Assembly: GCA_948442365.1 (NCBI GenBank)
Contig: CAOJRU010000006.1
Location: 3,189 to 67,188, forward strand
Direction: 5' to 3'
DNA length: 64,000 bases
Origin: an uncultured Clostridium sp.
Lineage (GTDB): Bacteria > Bacillota > Clostridia > TANB77 > CAG-508
Shown here piece by piece: positions 42,273-51,412 of this stretch. Made by a program: the position numbers and the translations under genes. Within the stretch, counting starts at the first letter, position 1. Every line of letters begins with the position of its first letter. The notes under the pieces were generated by a model that was not told where the DNA came from, searched no databases, and saw nothing but the letters and a program-made list of their open reading frames with translations.

Positions 42273-43586
42273 TTATTTTTCACTTGTTATAATTTCTAAT
42301 ATTGTTTCTTCTTTGTCTACTTTACTTTGTGTAATTTTAATAATTTCTTTTAATCTTATTTTAGCTTCTATTAATTTCTCCTCATCATTCGCATGAATAT
42401 AAGCTAAAACCTCATTTTCTCTTACTTTTTCTGCTACCTTTTTCTTTAATATAATTCCTACTGCTGGATCAATTTTATCCTCTTTCTTTTCTCTTCCTGC
42501 TCCTAATATTCCTGCTAATTTGCCAACTTCTTTACTATTTATTTCCTGTATGTAGCCATCTTCTTCGCTGTAAATGGCTTCGATATATTGGGCTTTTGGT
42601 AATTTTTCAAGATTTTCGATATAGGAAATATCGCCACCTTGATTTTTCACTAATTGTAGAAATTTCTGATAAGCTTTTCTATTTTCTATATTCTCTAATA
42701 ATTTATTCTTATTTTCTTCTAAATTTTCTCCTTTTCCTGCTAACTTAACCATATAACTACCAAGTTCTAATACTACTTGTTTCAAATCTTCTGGCATATC
42801 TCCTTGCAAAAATTTAACGGCTTCGATGACTTCTAAACTATTACCAACAGCATATCCCAATGGTTCATTCATATTGGTTAATACACAAACTGTTTCCCTA
42901 TTGGCTAATTTTCCTATCGCAATCATCGTGTTAGCTAATTTTCTTGCTTCTTCCCTATTTTGCATAAAAGCTCCTTTTCCAACGGTTACATCTAATACGA
43001 TCTTCTGGGCACCACTTGCTATTTTTTTGCTCATAATACTAGAGGCAATTAATGGGGTACTTTCTACACAAGATATACTATCTCTAAGCGCATATAATTT
43101 TTTATCTGCTGGCGCTAAATTTAATGTTTGTGAAATCATGCTAATACCAATTTGTTTTACATTTTCTACAAATTGTTTCATTTCTATTCCCGTTTGATAT
43201 CCTGGAATAGACTCTAATTTATCTACTGTTCCTCCTGTGAATCCTAATCCTCTCCCAGACATTTTAGCAATTGGTACGCCTAAAGAACTAACCAATGGTA
43301 AAAGAATCAGTGAAACTTTGTCACCAACTCCTCCTGTGGAATGTTTATCCACAATTATTTCTCCTAGTATAGACAAATCTAATATTTCTCCTGAATGCGC
43401 CATAGCTAATGTTAAATTGGTGGTTTCTTGGTTTGTCATTCCGTTTAAAAATATTGCCATAACTAAGGCTGCTGCTTGGTAGTCTTTTATATTTCCATTG
43501 GTATATTCTGTTACAAAGTATTCGATTTCTTGCTTGGTTAGTTCTTGCTTCTCTCTCTTTTTCTCGATAATATCTATCATTCTCAT
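42273..43586 (-). CDS. pdp: Pyrimidine-nucleoside (thymidine) phosphorylase
   Basis: MRMIDIIEKKR...DKHSTGGVGDKVSL...SGRGLGFTGGTVDKLE. The RBS AGGAGTG precedes the ATG at 43586, so the 12-aa extension in the ORF track is unlikely. Confidence 0.9.
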   Translation of the reverse strand: MRMIDIIEKKREKQELTKQEIEYFVTEYTNGNIKDYQAAALVMAIFLNGMTNQETTNLTLAMAHSGEILDLSILGEIIVDKHSTGGVGDKVSLILLPLVSSLGVPIAKMSGRGLGFTGGTVDKLESIPGYQTGIEMKQFVENVKQIGISMISQTLNLAPADKKLYALRDSISCVESTPLIASSIMSKKIASGAQKIVLDVTVGKGAFMQNREEARKLANTMIAIGKLANRETVCVLTNMNEPLGYAVGNSLEVIEAVKFLQGDMPEDLKQVVLELGSYMVKLAGKGENLEENKNKLLENIENRKAYQKFLQLVKNQGGDISYIENLEKLPKAQYIEAIYSEEDGYIQEINSKEVGKLAGILGAGREKKEDKIDPAVGIILKKKVAEKVRENEVLAYIHANDEEKLIEAKIRLKEIIKITQSKVDKEETILEIITSEK

Positions 43587-43640
43587 TTTTACACTCCTAG
43601 TTTTTATTTTTAAAAAAAGCACATTCGTTATTATGTGCTT

Positions 43641-44279
43641 CTATACGAAATTTTTTGTAAAACTTCTTCGATGAATGGGACATAATCCATATTCTTTAAT
43701 CGCTGCTATATGCTTTGCTGTTCCATACCCTTTATGCCCACTAAAACCATATTGCGGATAAATTTCATCCCATTGTCTCATAATTCTATCTCTTGTTACT
43801 TTTGCTATAATAGAGGCTGCAGCTATGTTATAGCATTTAGCATCTCCTTTAATAATAGAATCATAAGGAATTCCTTTTGTATCGATGTGTGTTAGGGCAT
43901 CTACTACCATTAAATCTGGTTTTACATCAAATCCCTCTACCACTGTAGTAACTCCCTGTTTCGTGGCATTTAAAATATTAATTTCATCAATTACATCTTG
44001 TTCTATAATGGCAACTGAATAACTAATGGCTTCTTCTAAAATTAAATCATATAGCTTTTCTCTCTTTTTTTCAGAAACCTTTTTAGAATCATTCACGCCT
44101 TCTATCAGAGAATCCTGTGGCATAATAACCCCCGCTACTACCACTGGACCTGCTAAAGGTCCTCTTCCTGCCTCATCTATTCCCGCTATTTTTTGGAACC
44201 CCTTTTGATATAAGTCTTTTTCTATTTCTTTTAATTGCGTTAATCTTTCTAACTCTTTTTCTTTCATTGCTTTCTCCAT
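43641..44279 (-). CDS. rnhB: Ribonuclease HII
   Basis: 212 aa; GIDEAGRGPLAGPVV...DSKK...GHKGYGT...HRRSF. Confidence 0.9.
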   Translation of the reverse strand: MEKAMKEKELERLTQLKEIEKDLYQKGFQKIAGIDEAGRGPLAGPVVVAGVIMPQDSLIEGVNDSKKVSEKKREKLYDLILEEAISYSVAIIEQDVIDEINILNATKQGVTTVVEGFDVKPDLMVVDALTHIDTKGIPYDSIIKGDAKCYNIAAASIIAKVTRDRIMRQWDEIYPQYGFSGHKGYGTAKHIAAIKEYGLCPIHRRSFTKNFV

Positions 44280-44286
44280 TATTACT

Positions 44287-44835
44287 TTATTGTTCTGGTA
44301 TTTGTCCTATCTTTTCAATATCTGTCAAGGAATATTGTTTATCATATCCTTCTCTATAATAAATTTCCACTTTTTCATTTATTTCATCAAATACAAGGAA
44401 ATAATCATTTACCTCATCTTCTAATTTATCTAATCCCCACTTTTTTACTGTTTCTTCTGTTAATTGATAACATGAATCTTTATAGTCCTCGTTATTTATG
44501 TTAAATTCGCTTGGTATACTTTCCTTTTCTACTTTTTTCAATTTTTGTCCGTTTACACCGTATATTTCTTCTCTTGCTTTTGTCTTATTGCTTTCTCGTT
44601 CACTCTCTATAATCCCCATCCTAAAATTCACTTCTTCTACATATTCTTTAGCTTTTGCTTGAATTAGAAGCATATTGGTTTTCAATTCTTGTAATTTTGC
44701 TTTTTCTATCGTTTCTTTTCCACTATAAAAACTAATGGTTGCTAGTATTAATAATAGAACAATGGTAATTGTCAAAGCAATTAATGTAATACCTTTCATC
44801 TCTTTCATTTTCTTTTTCCTCCTATGTTTTAGCAT
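44287..44835 (-). CDS. Membrane-anchored protein with a pilin-like N-terminal hydrophobic segment (no Glu+5)
   Basis: KGITLIALTITIVLLLILA resembles a prepilin signal but lacks the conserved Glu. The remainder is not recognised. Confidence 0.35.
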   Translation of the reverse strand: MLKHRRKKKMKEMKGITLIALTITIVLLLILATISFYSGKETIEKAKLQELKTNMLLIQAKAKEYVEEVNFRMGIIESERESNKTKAREEIYGVNGQKLKKVEKESIPSEFNINNEDYKDSCYQLTEETVKKWGLDKLEDEVNDYFLVFDEINEKVEIYYREGYDKQYSLTDIEKIGQIPEQ

Positions 44836-45044
44836 TTTTCTTCATTTCTTTCCTTTAAATTTCGGCTTGATAAACCTACAAATTTTATTTCTATCTTATA
44901 TCAAACACATTATATATTTTTATCTCTATATTTTCAATACAAAGTCAAACTTTTTTCACAGAAATTTCACAAAGCTATTGTATTATATCCGCATAATAGG
45001 TTATTATATTAATAGTTATTTAATTTAAGGAGGTTTTTAACAAA

Positions 45045-46310
45045 ATGGAAGAAAATGAAAAAAAAGAAGAAAAAATGAAAAACTTTAAAACCGTACAAAA
45101 TCCAAATACATACAAAAATGTGTATAAAAATGAAAGCAAATCAAAAGTAAAAGTTGGATTTGGAAGAAGCGTTTTATTACCTTTTTTAAGTGGAGTAGTT
45201 GGTTGTAGTGTGGTACTTGGTACTTGCTTTGGTATTCCTTCGATTCGTTCTAAGCTATTAAATGGAAATACCAATCTATCCAATACTACTTCACACTCTC
45301 AAAATCAAGGATATATTAGTCAAACTTCACTTTCCAACTATTCGGATACGGCTGTTTATGCAGCCAATAAAATATTACCATCCATTGTAGGAATTAACGT
45401 AGAATACAATGTAAATTCTCTTATTTCTATGTTTGGTAGACAATCCCAACCAAGTACCGCAACGGCAAGTGGTTCTGGAATTATTATGAGTGATGATGGT
45501 TACATTTTAACCAATAATCATATTGTAGCTACTTCTTCCTCTGAATCTTATTACGAAGTATCAGAAGCTACCAAAATAACAGTCACTTTATTCAATGATG
45601 AAACACCATACGAAGCAAAGATTATTGGAACCGATGAACAAACCGATTTAGCCGTTATAAAAATCGAAAAAACGGGACTTTCTAAAGCAGAATTTGCTGA
45701 TTCTGATAATATAAAAGTTGGCGAATTTGCTATGGCTGTTGGTAATCCATTAGGTATGCAAAGTAGTATAACTTGTGGTGTTATTAGTGCTGTTAATCGA
45801 GATGTTACCGATTCGGATGGAAAAAAATTCACTTTAATTCAAACCGATGCTGCTATTAACTCTGGTAATAGTGGTGGTGCTTTAGTTAATAACGAAGGTA
45901 AAGTTATTGGTGTTAATACCTTAAAACTTTCTGGAACTGGCATTGAAGGAATGGGCTTCGCTATTCCAATCAATTCAACCACTGATATTACTTCTCAACT
46001 AATTCAATATAGTAAAGTAAAAAGACCTTATATTGGAATTTCTGGAATGGACTTAACAGAACAAACAGCCAAAGCCAATAATTTAGTCGTTGGTATCTAT
46101 GTAAAATCAATTGATGATTTTTCTGCTGCTGAAAAAGCTGGTATTAAAATTGGAGATGTCATTATTGAAGTGGATGGTAAAAAAATCACAAAAATGGATG
46201 AATTAAATGAAATTAAAAATTCGCATAAAATAGGTGACGAAATGAAAATTAAAGTAAATCGTGATGGACAAGAAAAAGATTTAACAATTACGCTAGGAGA
46301 ACAACCCTAA
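45045..46310 (+). CDS. htrA: HtrA/DegP-family serine protease (trypsin-like S1C domain plus PDZ)
   Basis: 421 aa with an N-terminal anchor, catalytic motifs TNNHIV...DLAVIK...GNSGGAL and a C-terminal PDZ (GIKIGDVIIEVDG). Confidence 0.9.
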   Translation: MEENEKKEEKMKNFKTVQNPNTYKNVYKNESKSKVKVGFGRSVLLPFLSGVVGCSVVLGTCFGIPSIRSKLLNGNTNLSNTTSHSQNQGYISQTSLSNYSDTAVYAANKILPSIVGINVEYNVNSLISMFGRQSQPSTATASGSGIIMSDDGYILTNNHIVATSSSESYYEVSEATKITVTLFNDETPYEAKIIGTDEQTDLAVIKIEKTGLSKAEFADSDNIKVGEFAMAVGNPLGMQSSITCGVISAVNRDVTDSDGKKFTLIQTDAAINSGNSGGALVNNEGKVIGVNTLKLSGTGIEGMGFAIPINSTTDITSQLIQYSKVKRPYIGISGMDLTEQTAKANNLVVGIYVKSIDDFSAAEKAGIKIGDVIIEVDGKKITKMDELNEIKNSHKIGDEMKIKVNRDGQEKDLTITLGEQP

Positions 46311-46506
46311 GAATTATTGAATTCTTCACTGTTCGTTCACACAATGGACAAATTTCATTGTTAAAATAACCATAGTCAGTAAGAGATTACTGACTTAAAA
46401 TTAAAAACATCCCCTTTTATTTTCAAAAAAGAAAGAGTTTTAAAGACTCTTTCTTTTTATATTCTGGAAATTTTTAAATTCTATTTCCCTTTCCCTTCTA
46501 GATTTT

Positions 46507-47376
46507 CTATATTACTATCAAATCCATTTCGCTTGTAAAAGTATCATTTCCATAAGCATAAATAATATACAATACATCATTCCTAAAATAAAATTCCTTC
46601 GTATTTTCTATCTGATATATACTACTTTTAACATCTCTATTATAAATGGTATAACCTAAATTTTTCAAATCCTCTACTTTCTTTTGTTCTATGTCGATTT
46701 CATTTTTAATTTTACGTTGTATATCTGCTTGCTCTAAGTTTTCTATTCTTAACATCTTATCTAGCGTAATGGACTTATTATTTCTTAAATCATAATTATA
46801 TGTCTCAACAATTACTCTTTGTGCACTAGCTCCTTCTTTTAAATTAGAACGAATCATCAAAAATAAAATATCATCTTTCACATTAGCAGTATATTCAACC
46901 GTATAAATGGTATTTCTATCTTGGCTTGCTAAAATGTCATTGGTTTTATCCACAAAACTTTCTATTTCTTTGTTATATTCCTCTACTATTTCACTATCAA
47001 TATTTATATAGGGTATATTAACTTCTATATCATAGCTATTCAATTTACTTTCTTTTTTCTGTGTTTTGGTATACACAAGTGGTTGATCTGCTTCTTTTTT
47101 CTTATTGTCTTGTCCTTCCCCATTTTGAATGTTGTTGGTAAATATTTGGTCAAACTCTACTTTTAATAATTCAGTTTGTTCTTCTGTTCGATTGCCTAAT
47201 TGTGTTTCCTTTTCAAATCCTAACAAACTTGGTATGTCAATTCTAGCATAAAATTGAACATAAAAAGCAATGATAACAGAAACAATACATACAAGGATTA
47301 TGGTTATATAGATAGCTAATTGTTTTTTATTAAATACTTTTTCTTCTGGTAATACTACTTTCATTTTTCTACTCAT
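46507..47376 (-). CDS. Hypothetical membrane-anchored extracytoplasmic protein (possibly a DUF4163/DUF3298-like fold)
   Basis: 289 aa with a single N-terminal TM helix. EVNIPYINIDSEIVEEYNKEIESFV resembles DUF4163-type proteins; this is a weak assignment. Confidence 0.35.
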   Translation of the reverse strand: MSRKMKVVLPEEKVFNKKQLAIYITIILVCIVSVIIAFYVQFYARIDIPSLLGFEKETQLGNRTEEQTELLKVEFDQIFTNNIQNGEGQDNKKKEADQPLVYTKTQKKESKLNSYDIEVNIPYINIDSEIVEEYNKEIESFVDKTNDILASQDRNTIYTVEYTANVKDDILFLMIRSNLKEGASAQRVIVETYNYDLRNNKSITLDKMLRIENLEQADIQRKIKNEIDIEQKKVEDLKNLGYTIYNRDVKSSIYQIENTKEFYFRNDVLYIIYAYGNDTFTSEMDLIVI

Positions 47377-47577
47377 TCCTTTACTATTTTTTGTTCATTA
47401 TAGCATTTCTTCTTAAAATTGCCAAGTGAAACCATAATAATTAAGAACGATTCTATTAAAAAATACATAAACTTTTCAATTTGAATAAATTTACTCTGAA
47501 TTGTTACTGAATACGCAAATTTTTATTGACTATTTAGCAATTTTGCGGTATGATATTGTATATTAATTTAGATAGAA

Positions 47578-49965
47578 ATGAGGAATTTAAAACGTATGTT
47601 ATGTTCAGAATGTAATCAAAACCCAGCCATACTTTTTTATAAAAAAATAGAAAACGGAAAGGAATCTATGGAAGGCTATTGCTACGACTGTGCTAAGAAA
47701 AAAGGAATCAATCCAAATGAAGTATTAGCCAAACAAAGTGACATCTTATCCAAAGACAAAGTAAACTTATCTGATATGACCAAGCAATTTGAAAGTATTT
47801 TCAAAGATTTAGCTGAAAACATTAATTTAGAAGATATTGAAAATATAGAAGGAGCCATTACTTTTGAAAATCCAGATGCAAATGGTGATGAAGATGCTCC
47901 CAAAATAGCAGGTGCAGCCATTCCACTTGGTTCTATTTTTTCTAATATGTTTAACAACTCAAGCTCTAACGGGAAAGAAAAAGACGAACAAGAAGAACCA
48001 ATCAGTGGTAGAAAAAAAGTAAAAGTAGAAAAAAAGAAAAATACAAAACAAAATAAAAAGAAAAAATTTCTTGATGTCTACGGAACGAATCTAACTAACA
48101 AAGCCAAAAATAACGAAATCGACCTGGTAATTGGTAGAGACAAAGAAATCCAAAGAATTGTACAAATTTTAAATAGACGTTCTAAAAACAATCCTTGTCT
48201 AATTGGAGAACCTGGAGTTGGTAAAACTGCTATTGCACAAGGCTTAGCCATTAAAATAGCCAATCAAAATGTACCAGCTAAACTTTTAAATAAAGAAGTT
48301 TATTTATTAGACATGACTGCTGTTATTGCTGGTACACAATTTAGAGGACAATTTGAATCCAGAATGAAGGGGATTATTGATGAATGTAAAGAATATGGAA
48401 ATATTATTTTAGTCATTGACGAAATCCATAATATCATTGGTGCTGGTGATGGTGAGCACTCCATGAATGCAGCCAACATCTTAAAACCTGCTTTATCCAA
48501 TGGAGAAATACAATTAATTGGTACTACCACTTTAAAAGAATATAGAAAATATATCGAAAAAGACTCTGCCTTAGAAAGAAGATTTCAACAAGTATTAGTA
48601 GAAGAACCAAATATAGATGATTCGATTGGTATTTTAGAAGGAATTAAAAAATATTATGAAGAATATCACAAAGTAAAAATTTCTTCTGATGTAATACGTC
48701 AAGTCGTTATTATGTCTGAAAAATATATTCATGATAGATTTTTACCAGACAAAGCCATTGACATTTTAGACGAAGCTTGTTCCAGAATTAATTTAGAAAA
48801 TAAAGACTTATATAAACTTGAAATGTTAAAACAAGAACTAGCCCAAGTACAAACAGAAAAGGAAGAAGTTATTGCAGCGGATTCCACCGAAGATTATCAA
48901 AGAGCTGCTGATTTAAAAACTAGAGAATGTCAATTAATTGAAGAAATTGACTCTTTAAACGGCAAAATGAAACTAAAACAAATTACTATTCAAGATATTG
49001 CCAATGTCATTGAAAGTTGGACAAAAATACCTGTTAAAAAAATAACAGAAGCTGAAACACAAAAACTATTAAACTTAGAAACTAACCTTCATAAAAGAAT
49101 TATTGGACAAGAAGAGGCTGTTAGTAGTGTTTCTAGAGCCATTCGAAGAAACCGTGCTGGTCTACAAAGTAGTAAAAGACCACCATCTTTCATTTTTGTT
49201 GGTCCAACTGGTGTTGGAAAAACAGAACTTGCCAAATCTCTTGCTTATGAAATGTTTGGAAGCGAAGATTCTATTATTCGAGTGGATATGTCTGAATATA
49301 TGGAAAGCCATTCTACTTCTAAATTAATTGGCGCACCTCCTGGTTATGTTGGCTATGATGATGCGGGACAATTAACAGATAAAGTAAAAAGAAAACCTTA
49401 CTCCATCATTTTATTAGATGAAATTGAAAAAGCACATCCTGATGTGTTTAATATCTTACTGCAAATTTTAGATGATGGAAAATTAACGGATAGTCAAGGT
49501 AACTCTGTTAGTTTTGCTAATACGATTATTATTATGACCTCTAATGCTGGTTCTAATTTGAACAATAATTCTATTGGATTTGGCGGACAAACCGTTAGTA
49601 AAAATAAAATCATAGATAGTCTAAAAGATGTATTCCGTCCAGAATTCTTAAATAGAATTGATGAAATTGTAGCTTTTGACTCTCTAACAAAAGAACAATT
49701 ATTACAAATTGTTGATTTAATGTTAAGAGATACCATAAGTGCTTTAAACGATAAAGACATTCAAATGAAAATTAGCAAACAGGCCAAAGATTTTATTTTG
49801 GAAAAAGGAACCGATATAAAATTTGGTGCAAGACCTCTACGAAGAGCAATTCAAAGATATATTGATGATGAATTGGCTGAAATGGTTTTACGAAGTAAAC
49901 TTTTGGATGGTTCTACAGTAGCAATTAATTTAAAAAATGATAAATTAGAATTTGAAATAAAATAG
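47578..49965 (+). CDS. clpE: ClpE-type Clp/Hsp100 ATPase (N-terminal Zn-ribbon, two AAA+ modules, UVR-like linker)
   Basis: 795 aa. N-terminal CSEC-x21-CYDC, Walker A motifs GEPGVGKT and GPTGVGKT, and the ClpP-docking loop LIGAPPGYVGY. Confidence 0.85.
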   Translation: MRNLKRMLCSECNQNPAILFYKKIENGKESMEGYCYDCAKKKGINPNEVLAKQSDILSKDKVNLSDMTKQFESIFKDLAENINLEDIENIEGAITFENPDANGDEDAPKIAGAAIPLGSIFSNMFNNSSSNGKEKDEQEEPISGRKKVKVEKKKNTKQNKKKKFLDVYGTNLTNKAKNNEIDLVIGRDKEIQRIVQILNRRSKNNPCLIGEPGVGKTAIAQGLAIKIANQNVPAKLLNKEVYLLDMTAVIAGTQFRGQFESRMKGIIDECKEYGNIILVIDEIHNIIGAGDGEHSMNAANILKPALSNGEIQLIGTTTLKEYRKYIEKDSALERRFQQVLVEEPNIDDSIGILEGIKKYYEEYHKVKISSDVIRQVVIMSEKYIHDRFLPDKAIDILDEACSRINLENKDLYKLEMLKQELAQVQTEKEEVIAADSTEDYQRAADLKTRECQLIEEIDSLNGKMKLKQITIQDIANVIESWTKIPVKKITEAETQKLLNLETNLHKRIIGQEEAVSSVSRAIRRNRAGLQSSKRPPSFIFVGPTGVGKTELAKSLAYEMFGSEDSIIRVDMSEYMESHSTSKLIGAPPGYVGYDDAGQLTDKVKRKPYSIILLDEIEKAHPDVFNILLQILDDGKLTDSQGNSVSFANTIIIMTSNAGSNLNNNSIGFGGQTVSKNKIIDSLKDVFRPEFLNRIDEIVAFDSLTKEQLLQIVDLMLRDTISALNDKDIQMKISKQAKDFILEKGTDIKFGARPLRRAIQRYIDDELAEMVLRSKLLDGSTVAINLKNDKLEFEIK

Positions 49966-49974
49966 GAGAAAATT

Positions 49975-50571
49975 ATGTTAAAACATTTACCAAATATCTT
50001 AACTGTACTTAGACTTTTATTAATACCAGTTATTGTTTTTTATATCTTTACTGGTAATTACATTTTGGCCTTCATCTTTTTTACGGTATCTGGTATTACA
50101 GACATAGCCGATGGATTCATTGCCAGGAAATTTAATTTGATTTCTAATTTTGGAAAATTGATGGATCCATTAGCTGATAAATTGACACAAATAGCCACTT
50201 TAGCTTCTCTTGTGTTTACAAATATTATTCCTGTCTGGATTTTACTGATTGTGTTTTTAAAAGAGTTTATTATGATTTGTGGTGCTTCTTTCCTTTATGG
50301 AAAAGATGTTGTAGTTTATAGCAAATGGTATGGCAAGCTTGCTACTGTATTGCTGTACATTGCCATTGTTATTTCTCTTTTACTGAAACAATTTGATATT
50401 TCTGGTATTTGGGAATTTTTAGATTTAGGCATTTTTATATTAGCTTTAGTTGCTACTATTTTTTCCTTAATTATGTATGTAAGAGACCTATACCAAAAAG
50501 GATTGATTGATAAACAAGATTTAAATAAAGAAGTTACTGTGGATAAAAAAGAAAGAAAGAAAAAGAAATAA
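49975..50571 (+). CDS. pgsA: CDP-diacylglycerol-glycerol-3-phosphate 3-phosphatidyltransferase
   Basis: 198 aa with the CDP-alcohol phosphatidyltransferase motif DIADGFIARKF...GKLMDPLADK. Confidence 0.85.
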   Translation: MLKHLPNILTVLRLLLIPVIVFYIFTGNYILAFIFFTVSGITDIADGFIARKFNLISNFGKLMDPLADKLTQIATLASLVFTNIIPVWILLIVFLKEFIMICGASFLYGKDVVVYSKWYGKLATVLLYIAIVISLLLKQFDISGIWEFLDLGIFILALVATIFSLIMYVRDLYQKGLIDKQDLNKEVTVDKKERKKKK

Positions 50572-50574
50572 AAT

Positions 50575-50606
50575 AGCCCCCCGTAAAAAATGGGGGGTTA
50601 CTTTTT
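50575..50606 (+). terminator. Rho-independent terminator after pgsA
   Basis: Stem GCCCCCC / GGGGGGT with loop GTAAAAAAT; a T-run follows. Confidence 0.75.
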
Positions 50607-50684
50607 ACTTAAACCTAAAATACCACTTTATTCTGTCGGTGCCTGGATCTCCCTCATGCTGTCGTACCTCCTTCAGTATATTTG

Positions 50685-51287
50685 TTACTCAAAGTCCTCA
50701 ATTAATTGATTTAACTCTTGTTTCCCGTTTACTTTAATTCCTTTTTTCATATTAATTTTATCAGTTTCTGGTAAATATTCTGTGGTAACTCCTGTAACTT
50801 CTATCTCTTTTTGCTCTCCATTTTCTAAAATCTGATAAACCGCAAGTTGTCCTTCTTTATCTTTAACCATATAATGTTCTCCACATTCTCCTTCTTTTTC
50901 TTGATATAAAATTACTTCGTTACTTGCAAAACTTTCTACTTGATATTCTGGATATTTTTTTTGTATTTCCTCTTTGGTCAAATTAACTAAATCTTGTGGC
51001 AAATTATCATATTGACTTTTAGTATGTCCACATTTTAAAAAGTGTGCTTTAGTGATAAGAGAACAATTAGGTGATGTTTTTTCTTCTTGTGTATTGGCTT
51101 TTACCGTATTTTCATATTCCATTTCTTCATACTCATCTGTACATTCATCCAAAATTTCTTCTTCTGCTATTTCTGTTACTAGATTAGGTTTCTTTTCTTC
51201 ATGATTTGGACTAAATATTATGACACCAGTAAGTATAGCTCCTATCATTACGATGATAGCCATTAATGCAATAATTGCTTTATTCAT
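50685..51287 (-). CDS. Membrane-anchored protein with a BofC-C-terminal-like domain (sporulation-associated)
   Basis: 200 aa with an N-terminal TM helix. ...CGEHYMVKDKEGQLAVYQILENGEQ... resembles clostridial BofC_C-domain proteins (from memory). Confidence 0.4.
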   Translation of the reverse strand: MNKAIIALMAIIVMIGAILTGVIIFSPNHEEKKPNLVTEIAEEEILDECTDEYEEMEYENTVKANTQEEKTSPNCSLITKAHFLKCGHTKSQYDNLPQDLVNLTKEEIQKKYPEYQVESFASNEVILYQEKEGECGEHYMVKDKEGQLAVYQILENGEQKEIEVTGVTTEYLPETDKINMKKGIKVNGKQELNQLIEDFE

Positions 51288-51412
51288 AAATTTAACGCTC
51301 CTTTTTCTATTTTTTAGTAGTATTTACAGAGTCTGTTAAATTTATACGGTTTCTTATTCTTGTTTCTTCGTATTGTCATTTTTACTAATCTCTTGTATTT
51401 ACCAATCTTTCA

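Noticed and set aside
50627-50656. 9-aa mini-ORF (MREIQAPTE) with a perfect GAAGGAGG RBS in a GC-rich patch between pgsA and the BofC-like gene
   Set aside because: It is too short and has no downstream gene to regulate. It may be a relic or a chance match. It is noted only because the patch is compositionally odd.
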